In this document: piece by piece, positions 35,601 through 44,200 of the stretch
Position numbering within the stretch: position 1 is the stretch's first letter
Layout of the letters: each line of letters starts with the position of its first letter
Assembly: GCA_003602635.1 (NCBI GenBank)
Contig: QQSJ01000039.1
Location: 1 to 46,060, forward strand
Length of the DNA: 46,060 bases
From: Candidatus Poseidoniales archaeon
GTDB taxonomy: Archaea; Thermoplasmatota; Poseidoniia; Poseidoniales; Poseidoniaceae
Direction of reading: 5' to 3'
Made by a program: the position numbers and the translations under genes
Notes under the pieces: generated by a model
Database searches by the model: none
The model's input: only the letters and a program-made list of their open reading frames with translations
Told to the model about the DNA's origin: nothing

Positions 35601-36937
35601 TTGCACGTACCCGAGTTGTTTTCGATGATGTTGTTGGCGAGGTACATCCGGTTGGCGCTGGGGGCGGGCACGCTCCAGCCTTGGTCCTTGTAGTGGTATT
35701 CGCCGAGCACCACTGGCTCACGCGCGGTGTCGTGAATGGTGTTGTTCTCGGCGATGACGTCAGACGAACCGTAGATCCACAGACCGTTGTAACCCTCAAT
35801 CGGGCCGATGTCGTTGTTGTACGCCTCGACGACGGAGGAACGAATGCCGAATCCGGAACCGCTGCTGGCTCCAGAAATGGAGTTCCCAGTGGCCGAGACG
35901 CGTGCGCCGTCGTAGGCCGTGATGCCGGCGCCTTCCTCGGTGAGGATGGTGTTGTCATCGATGTAGAGCGTGTGCTCAATGTCACCGGTTTGCTTGAACG
36001 AGTTGGTGTCGATCGCGTTGCACAGCGTCTCGACGCTGGAGTTGGTGAGCCAACCCGACGTGCCTCGCATGAAGACACCGTAGGCGTTGTCGCTGATGTC
36101 CAGGCGGTCCAAACGGATGTAGGAGTCCTCGGTGTAGATCATCGAGAATCCACCGCCTTGGTTGCCACACTGGGCTTCCGTGTCTCCGGTGAACGTGGAG
36201 TCAGAAACTTGCATCGTCGAGAGGATACCCAGCCCAGCACCGTAGGCTTGGATGGAGGCCGCCTTGTAGGACTGCTCGTCAACACCAAGCGTGAATGCAG
36301 AGTTGGTGATGGTCGGCGAGGCCGCGTTCAAGGCGATGATGTTGCTCGTGTTGATGTCCGTGAACGAAAGACCGTTCGCATCCATGCTCGCTCCGTCAAA
36401 GACCAAGGCTCCGAACAACCACTTCTGGGCGTTTGCAGAGTAAACCGGAATGCCGTAGGCCTTCTCAAAGTGAACAAAGTTGAGGCTGGTCAAGGCTTCG
36501 TCGATCGTGTCCCGCACGATCATTCCACCACCACAGGCAGCGTCTTGGTTGTAGAGGGGAGCCTGCCCGCCGGGAGAGTAGCACCATCCGTAGGCCGTGG
36601 CGTCCGCAGGCGTCCCCCAAAGGAAACGAACAGGAGAACTGGTGCTGCCTTGTGTTGCACCGCAATTGGCGTCACCTGCACAGATGGCGCCGCGAATTTG
36701 GAGGTATTTTCCAGCAGGCACGTTGACGGTTGTGCCGGCGTTGATGACCAACTTGGCACCTTCAGCCACGGTCACGTTTCCAGTCAAGGTGTGGGTCCCC
36801 GACCAGGTCTCTGTGCCGACCACGATGCCGGCCTTGGTCTCGTTGTTTGCAGAAACGGTTGGGACGGTGACCATCCCAACCATCAAAGACAGCAAGAGAA
36901 TGGTCACAAGGGAAAGGCTGCTGAAGGGTCGTGACAT
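32612..36937 (-). CDS. Giant cell-surface protein (~1,441 aa): right-handed parallel beta-helix, tandem Ig-like domains, C-terminal TM and Trp-rich tail
   Basis: MSRPFSSLSLVTILLLSLMVG signal; Asn/Gly ladder repeats (IENNSG, IEDNTVSNNQGDAI); Ig-like repeats (LTGSAWD, FTGTASD, LQGGALD...RSFDG, WAAD, RAYDG); TM MIWIIVGALLAVVVLAGVVLTFFV. Confidence 0.88.
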   Translation of the reverse strand: MSRPFSSLSLVTILLLSLMVGMVTVPTVSANNETKAGIVVGTETWSGTHTLTGNVTVAEGAKLVINAGTTVNVPAGKYLQIRGAICAGDANCGATQGSTSSPVRFLWGTPADATAYGWCYSPGGQAPLYNQDAACGGGMIVRDTIDEALTSLNFVHFEKAYGIPVYSANAQKWLFGALVFDGASMDANGLSFTDINTSNIIALNAASPTITNSAFTLGVDEQSYKAASIQAYGAGLGILSTMQVSDSTFTGDTEAQCGNQGGGFSMIYTEDSYIRLDRLDISDNAYGVFMRGTSGWLTNSSVETLCNAIDTNSFKQTGDIEHTLYIDDNTILTEEGAGITAYDGARVSATGNSISGASSGSGFGIRSSVVEAYNNDIGPIEGYNGLWIYGSSDVIAENNTIHDTAREPVVLGEYHYKDQGWSVPAPSANRMYLANNIIENNSGTCNSNYMYGGDFPCPAIHVFMASATIEDNTVSNNQGDAIRVNGGIVNVQGNTMETGDFAVRISQFDDNYGNKYGSIGYFSDNTWTNATQVYNVTESRITVQSEFIPDVSSGYPVMLAWEGAECPYVTNECLQLPVSSEMPPRDMPLAIELVTNSTVFSYADLQNFDTSKIFVQNQNSEWGTQVRKGELVRYQVKAAGSNVADATVVIRDSVGLPLYELDTDPFGFTDFVSLPSDFLIDRNWNHVVGDTAVDVPGTPTVESIDENSCADGYDNDGDTKVDTDDEDCTNGREQAFYTVEAYKFGKGEKTFSFTLSGGVDDIINLDNLRPSVVVDQLDGSSFATTVTLTGSAWDGIAGSGSPGEYALDQIAYEKQFGIVKRVEVQPPGSQSWYSATDTSGANGVITKDNHPFKSWTFEWDLSGHPEGESDVTFRVRSFDGLDNSVQETRKYKLNLVAPTLILNEPLDGSTHRNGKVLFTGTASDPYVGVQGSDIQQIWFNITGPNDYFSHLYTQGQTAWEYQWNFEDLPSGEYTFEVWAADSDFCIDWPDGCNVERRTLIIENDNTPPFVTVDAYDAGGSLVIDGGILRADENTYLQGGALDNDGQVTRVEVQILDLASGILMSDEEIIVTQFLDNGGWQAIWDTSDYIHDQQYEITARAYDGEDYSEEVTRRVRIDNPVDKENNAPVFNGLDWPQTLTIFCDKYSNSIDRCGAGESIDLAAFFSDADVDSTLLIYDVFDDPATFEDDDYPAYITINARGVATYNPMDGMSQTTTEISEWSLEQVMFEAQDEYGSVAYSFRVNFLVRAVEFDVQKDSNEAFLDTGVPASFSGTGLPGSTVTVRSDAGGLRLNSTRVLSDGTWSMDVTINQLNSDSVTSVYFEMDGQQGNDMYELTPKAAAEGGVSMIWIIVGALLAVVVLAGVVLTFFVEYEDFEEEAMAAEAQVEEDPYAWAKKSAPAIPAQQNAAATPAAAGDGQHPGWLWDAESNQWVPDPNYVPPTE

Positions 36938-37027
36938 CGACACGGTATCCACCGTGCCTGCGTTGTCCAGACCGGATATAACGCTGTGGGCCTTTTTGCG
37001 CCACGCAAGGTATCGGATTCTTCTGAT

Positions 37028-37046
37028 TGTATCATATTTTGATACA
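37028..37046. promoter_or_regulatory. Perfect inverted repeat TGTATCA-N5-TGATACA (putative transcription-factor operator) in an AT-rich island
   Basis: Sequence tgtatca tattt tgataca, ~90 nt upstream of the beta-helix gene start; TTATAT box on the minus strand at ~36977-36982. Confidence 0.6.
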
Positions 37047-37071
37047 TCAAAACGGCCCGCGACACAACGGC

Positions 37072-38265
37072 TCATTCGGCGGGAGGACAGGCCGGATCGA
37101 CCTGTTCGAACCATGCTTTTGCGTCCAACGTCCCGTACCCAGTGCGCGTGTCATGGTTGCTACCGAGGGCTTCGCGTAGCGCGAATTTGACGTGTTCGAT
37201 GCAACGGTCGTCGTCGACCATGAGTTCGGGATGTGCTTCCAAAATCATCGCAAGGGCTGAACTGACCAAGACGGTCGAGACCGACGTGCCGCTCGAAGCG
37301 TACCAAGCATCATCGGAACCTGTGGAGATGACGTTCACGCCGGGAGCGATGACCTCAGGCTTCTGGTTTGGAGATTCACCGCTGCCGTCACCCTGAGATG
37401 AATTGATCCAAATGGCGCCAGCCTCGTTGGATGCACCGACGGCGATGACGCGTGGGAGGAAGGCCGGTGAGGCCACCCGACCGTCGTCATCTTGGCCGCC
37501 GTCGTTGCCCGCAGCAGCCACCACGAACACGCCTTCGTCCAGGGCCCTTCGAACGGAGGAAACCACCACGTCACGTTCACCGTCCATCCGTTCTCCGCCA
37601 AGCGAGAGCGAAATCAAGTCTGCATTGAAACCGGTCCTGCACCAGTCAATGGCTTCAGCCACGATCACGTCATCACCGGTGTTGTCGCCGTCCACGTTCC
37701 CCGAGAGCGCAGCAGCTACGCCCAGGGTGACGCCCGGCACCGCACCCTTCTGGTGACCGTCGGACACCATGAGTCCGACCATCATGGTCCCGTGTGCAGT
37801 GGCTCCTCGGTCAAGAGGCTCAGAGGAAGACCCGACAAAGTCACGGAACTCAACGCGCTGACCCTCAAGCGCAGAGTGGGTGGTGTCAACACCTGTGTCC
37901 ACGACACACACACGCACCCCGGTCCCGTCATAGCCCTCATCAGCAAGTTCTCGCAAGCCCGAGTCCTCAAACGCCCATTCGGAATCTCCGAGCGGGATTT
38001 CCACGAGGAACCAACCCTGACTCGCGATGATGCCAACCAGAATCAGCAGGATGACCAGCCCAAGGGAGGATCGCGCCACATGACGTCGCCGCATGGGCAC
38101 CGAGGTGACCAGCGCCGGAGCCCAGCCCATGACTTCAGAGCGCCATTGGGCTTCATGCTGCACGGCAGAAGGGTCCACCGCGGTCAACATCCGGGGTTCC
38201 CCGGGTTCCGGGAGGAACTCCATTCCTTCCAACGCCGACGGCCTCACGGCTGTCATAAGCCCCAT
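37072..38265 (-). CDS. Membrane-anchored subtilisin-like serine protease (S8)
   Basis: Triad VVDTG / HGT / SGTS and oxyanion AAGN; KPEVIAPG; N-terminal TM SSLGLVILLILVGIIA. Confidence 0.92.
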   Translation of the reverse strand: MGLMTAVRPSALEGMEFLPEPGEPRMLTAVDPSAVQHEAQWRSEVMGWAPALVTSVPMRRRHVARSSLGLVILLILVGIIASQGWFLVEIPLGDSEWAFEDSGLRELADEGYDGTGVRVCVVDTGVDTTHSALEGQRVEFRDFVGSSSEPLDRGATAHGTMMVGLMVSDGHQKGAVPGVTLGVAAALSGNVDGDNTGDDVIVAEAIDWCRTGFNADLISLSLGGERMDGERDVVVSSVRRALDEGVFVVAAAGNDGGQDDDGRVASPAFLPRVIAVGASNEAGAIWINSSQGDGSGESPNQKPEVIAPGVNVISTGSDDAWYASSGTSVSTVLVSSALAMILEAHPELMVDDDRCIEHVKFALREALGSNHDTRTGYGTLDAKAWFEQVDPACPPAE

Positions 38266-38290
38266 CTCGCATTTGAAGGCGTGTTGACCT

Positions 38291-41200
38291 TCAGAAGCGA
38301 CGGCTACCGGAACGAGACATGCTCAAACCGCCCCACGTCACCAATCCAACGATGGCCACAACGATCACGGCCAAGATGGTTTGACCCATGCCGCTGTTGC
38401 TTGTCGTGGTCTCGATGTTGAAGCGGATCTGGAAGTCGACGGGCTCATCGCCCGATCCTTCGGTGTCCGACGCGATCGTCGCATAGTCTTCGTCGTCGCC
38501 GGTCACCTCGATGTAGAACTCGAACCGCTTGTTGCCGTTGGTCATCTTGCCAACATCGAAGGCTGCGTCCACGGTCTCACCCGCTGGCACGCTGATGGTA
38601 ACCTGCTGGTAGTCCTGGTCCGCGTCTTGCTGGCGCGCATAGACAATCACGGAGTCGATGGCGTCACGCTCACCGCTGTTGGTCACAGGGATGACGATGG
38701 TCGTCGACTCCTGCTCGGCCGTGTTGTCGGAACGTTGAACGGCGAGGGATTGGTTCACGCTCAGGGAAATCTGCGCGTACACGACGGTCAAGGTCAGGCT
38801 GTCGCTGCTGCCGCCCACTTCTGACACACCCACGGTGATTTCGAGTTCACCGGATTCAAACGCCTCGTCAGAACGGACGTTGAACGCTTGCGAACGGCTG
38901 TCACCGGCGGCCACCGTGATGGTGCTCGTCGCTGGCGTCACTTCCCACAGCGTTGCATCGTAGTTCTGGACCACTTCGAACGTGTAGGTGGCGTCGCCGT
39001 TGCCCGTGTTGGTGAGCATCGTGGTGAGCGTCTGAACGTCACCGCTGCCAATGCCGGCGCGGTCGTCCATCGCTTCAACGTCAAAGCCACGCACGATTGG
39101 AACGCGAACCGTCACGGAGCGCTCGGTGAATTCTCCCGTTTCAGTCGTCAGGAGGACGTTCACGCTGTGTCCATTTTGCAGGGACAAGGACGTGTTCTGA
39201 TCGGGGAGGTTCACACGGACCTTCAGCGTCGCTTCCATCGGAACGTCGTCCGTGGACGCGTCTTCACCGATGCCGAGGCGAACCTCGATGGAGGATTGCC
39301 AGGTCTCCCCGGTCTCGTTCCAGAATTCAACGCTCCAGTCAGCAGCGTCAGGTGCGTTGCCCGCGTTTCCAGTGGCGGTGAAGACGTCCTCGAACTCGGT
39401 GCCGTCGTAGGTCACGTCCACCGTGAACTCCACGGCGGTGTGCTCGTAGGCTCCGTCTTGCTTCGCTTGGATGTCGACGCCGCTTTCGTCGTTCGTGAAG
39501 GATTCCACGGTGTCTTGGTCCACGGTCCCGACATCGACCAACAGGTCACGGTCGGCACGGCGGTCGAGCGTCAGCGTCAATTCTTGGCGGTCCGCTGCCA
39601 CGTTGGTCACGGTGCTGCCTTCGTAGCTCATGTTGAGCGCCAAGGCGTGCTGCACCGTCACCATGTCAGCCGCGAAGGAAACGCGCCCAGAGGGCACGAG
39701 GAGGCTGATGGCACCGTCTGCACCCAAGGTCACGTCCCAGGCCACTTCACCGTCGAGGTCCACCGTCACGGTGGGGGCCTCGCTGATCATCGAAGCGCCA
39801 TCGGAGGCGCTGCCAAGGTGGTACTCCACCAAGTCAATGCCCGTCCATGAGGTTTGCAAGTCAATGAAGCCGCCAATGGTCATGGTTTGGTTGAGGTGCC
39901 CACCAGAGCCAACGCTCGCGTCGAGCAGGTCGATGGCGACGGCTCCGTCGTTTTCACCAAGGTTCGCTTGCTGAACGACGACGACCCATGCGCCTGGTTC
40001 AACTTCCGCGCTCCAGGTCAACGTGGTTCCATCGAACGCCGTGTTGGTCACGGTGATCGCATCACGCGCCAAGCCAGAAGCGGGCTGCAGCACGACGGTG
40101 GCACCGTCGAGGCGGGTCGAATCAACGTCATCGATGACAGCACCGCTGACGTCGACCAGACCAACAGAGACCTGCAGGTCCTCGGACATCGCACTGTCGT
40201 TGACCACGTAGGATCCGTTGCCGTCAAGGTCGTACGCAATGTCTGCGAATCCTTCCTTGCTTCCTTCGACCTCGTAGGAGGTACGCACTGGAACGAAGAG
40301 TTGCCAGACACCGTTGTCGTCGGAGGTCACGTTGGACACAAAGGTCGTGCCGTCGAGGCTGGTGATGTTCATCAGCACACCCGAAACGCCCTCATCGGCG
40401 TCAGGCGTGTTGTCGTCGTCGAGGTCCCAATAGAGGCGGCCGCCGATTTCGACTTCATGGGATGCCATGAGGTCGGTCACGTTGAGCGACTCACCCGCGG
40501 CAACCGTGAACGGCGTGGCCGAGGTGTCGAGGGTCCAGCGGTCCTGAACGTCCTGTCGCTCCATGTGGACGGACCACGTACCGGGCATCATCGGCTCGGT
40601 CACGAGGCCGTCGTCGTCGGTCAGGTCCAAGGACACGTTGCCAAGACCGTGGGCCGAAACCAACGTCATCCGGAAGCCGGACAGGTTGCGTTCGCTGAGG
40701 GCCTCGCGCAGGTGCAGTTGCACCTCTGCAGACACGACGGTCGCCAAGGCAAGATCAACGCGAGCACTGTTCTCGCTGACCTGCACGGTTTGACGGAGGA
40801 GTTCCGTGCCGAGGTCGCCTTCGTAGGCGCCAATGACGGCGATCCAATCGCCGCTTGGGACGTAGTCGGCGAAGGTTCCGTTTTCGTCCACGTCGAGGCT
40901 GCGGTAGTCTTCTCCGTCGGAGGACACCAGCAACATGCTGTCGCCTTGCGGACGGAGTTCAGAGCCGTTGGCGTCGACGATTGAACCGTTCACACGCCAT
41001 TCGTCAACCAACGCCACATCGATGGCATCGCCGGGCAAGGGAAGGCCAACGACGATCGCTGACAGCGCCTGAGAGGGCGCCAGAGCGTAATCGCTGGCGT
41101 TTTCTGAAGCAGCGTCTTGCGCCTCGAATTCAAGGACGTAGGTGCCGATTGGCATGTCAACAGACAAGGTGCCGTTCGCTGCATACATGTCAGCGGTCAC

Positions 41201-44200
41201 GTTGATTCGCTCGCCATGCTCCGTGCTGGGCACGATCGCGAAGGCGGGGGTCACCATGCTTCCGTTGGACACGTTGCCGTCGCCGGCCACGTCTTGGAAG
41301 ACGTTGAACATCAGCGTGTGACCGCCGGGGTTCAGGTAGAGGCTGGCAGGTTCGTTGACCTGCTCGGGGCCGCGCGTCACGACGACATCGTCGTCGGACG
41401 TGGCGTTGTAGGTCACATCTTCCACGACGCTGATGTCGTAAACGCCAACTGGAAGGTGGTAGAGGAAACTGCCGTCCTCGTTGGACGTCGCTTGCCAGAC
41501 CACACCCTCAGCGCTGGTCGCGGTCATCTCAACCGGGACCCAACCTGGAATTTGGCTGTTCCACGTGGTGGAGTTGTCAATGTGGTAAAGGGCGCCAGTG
41601 ATCAGTTCGGTTGGCTCGATGATGATGTCGAGATCTTCCATACCGTCGGTGACGTTGACGAGGCTACCGTGTCCGTAGCTGGTGCTGATGGAATACATCG
41701 TCAGCGAGTAGGTCGCATCCGTTGGCACACGCATCGAGAACTGGCCTTGGTTGTCCGAGTTTGCATCGCCCGTGATGGCGGTGAAGGTCAAACCGTCCGC
41801 GCTTGTGGCCGTGACTTCCAATTGAGTCACGGCTTCGGTCTCACGCTCGGACTCCAACCACGCGTCGTAATCGACGCCAGCCATCGGTGCAGAGACCGTG
41901 CCGTTCAGCCACGTGGACGCCGCATACGTCATGGTGACGCCAAAGTCCTCCTCGCCGACATCAAGCCGAGCCAGAAGCAATTGGTCCGCGTCACCGTCGT
42001 CGGAGACGGTGTACATTCCAATGGGGACTTCCGCGTAGACAACGCCGTTCTCGTCGCTGACCACCACGTAGGGGTCGAGCTCCGGCGCGTCGTTGGTCAG
42101 CGTCACCGTACGGTTGGCCACGTCGAGGGTGGGTTGACCGTCGCCGCCGAAGGGCGCCTCAAGCTGGATGGTGACGTCGGTCATCGGCGGCACGGGGTAG
42201 GCCAGCGTGATGTTCTGAGGTTCGTCTTGAACGCTGAACGTCGCGTTGACTTCGTACCATCCGTCTTGATCGACGTCGACACGGTAGTAGTACTCACCAG
42301 AAGGAATCGGTCCTTGCGTGAAACTGCCGTTCTCATCGGTCACGATGGTGACGGCCGCGTCCAAACCGAGGCCGGTGTCCACCATTTCGATGATCGTGTT
42401 GGGCAGGATGTTGCCGTCCATGTCCTCAAGCACGTCAGCAAAGACGGCTCCGGGCATGGTCATTTCAAGGTCGTAGGAGGCCTCGATGCCCACTTCAACA
42501 GGGTCAGGCAGCAGGACGTTCCTGCCGTTCGGGAGAACAGCCACCATGTTGTAGACACCGGGGAGCAGGCCGGTCTTGTAGAAGGAACCGGGCTGGACCA
42601 TTGGACCCGAGAAGTCGCCTTGACCGGCGAACAGACCCGTTCCGTTGAGCGTCCCGACGCCTTCGAAGACGCCTGCGCCCTCAAAGGTCTGTCCAACCAC
42701 GTCCCTCACGACCACGGTGGGCGAGAGGGTCTCCACACGACCGCTGGCTTCGACCGTGCCTTCGAAGAGGTACTTCGTGGCGTTGTCCTCGCCGGTCATG
42801 GTGCACACAGAAGTGTTGTCAGGCGTGCGGGCGTTGTTGTCCAGACAGTCGCTGGCGTTGACGAGATCGGCTTCGCTGACCCAACCGTCAATGATGCCGC
42901 GACCGGTCCACGTTCCGTTTGCGGTGTGGATGCGGTCACCGGTCAACTGACGCGTGTAGGTTCCCGTGAATCCACGGGCCACGGCCACACCGTCGGACTC
43001 GAAGGTGCCGTTTTCGGTGAACGTGACTTCACCCGTGCCCTGGAGGATACGGGTTTCGTCGGTGGTGAACGAACCGTTGTTGGTGACGACCGTGTGGTTT
43101 TCGGTGTAGGACCAGATGTCACGGAGGATGAACGTCGTGTCGACCAGAGGCTCACCGGCAAAGGATTCGTCGCCGATCCACGTGACCACGCCGCTCACAC
43201 CGCTCGATGCCACGGAGACGTCGGCCGTGCGGTCGAGGGCAACCACCCGGTTGGCTTCGTCGGCGCTGACGTTGAGGTGAGACTCGCCCACCCAGGTCAT
43301 GTTGGCCACTTCGCCGAGGATGGCGGTGATGTCGTTGACGGTGCGGTCGTCGTTGTATTCAGCGAGGATGTCACCGAGGTTCTCGGTGAACGAACCGTCT
43401 TGAATCGCATTGCGCGCGGCCGTCGGCTCGTATTCGCCGATGAAGGCGCTCACACGGATGTGGCCAGCAGGCGCCATGAAACTGTAGCGCCCTTCAGCGT
43501 CCGTGTCAACGAAGCCAATGGGGATCCAGTAGGTGTCCTCGTCGAGGTCCTCGCCGGATTCTCCGGAGAAGGCGTCACGCTCGATGAGCAGACGCACGTT
43601 TTCCAACGGCTGCCCGTCGTCGGCGAAGGTGACCTGACCGGTCATCTCAGCACCTGGGTAGAACTTGAGGATCTTGACCATGGAGTTGGCTTGTCCGTAG
43701 GAGTTCTCGACCGTGGTGTCGTCGTTGTAATTGGCGAGCACGAAGTGGTTCATCATGGCACCAGGCAGAGGCAACGCTTGGGACATGAAGGTCCCAGGAG
43801 ACCCGCTTTGTCCGAAGTGCTGAGCCGGCTGTGGGTTGGAACCGTCGCTGGCCACGCCAAGCGTGGAGGCACCGTAACCGACGTAAGCACGTGCGACCAT
43901 GGTGTCGAAGAATTCGGCGGTGTGGTCGGCGCGCACGTCAATGATCTGCACCGGGTCAATCTCTGCACCGGCTTGCTGGTTGAGCACGTCCTGACGGATG
44001 GCTTCGTCTACTTCTTCGCGCGTCATCTCATCGGAGAACGCACCGCGTTGGGTTTCGTAGACTTCCGTGAGGAAAGTCGTCGGGTCCTGTCCAGAAAGGA
44101 TGGTCGGGGCTGCGAAGATGCCCATCGGTTGCCCGCCGTTGTACTGTGCGTCCGCAGTGTAGCGACCCGCACGGGGGTAGAGGCGGTTGTCCACGGCAAA

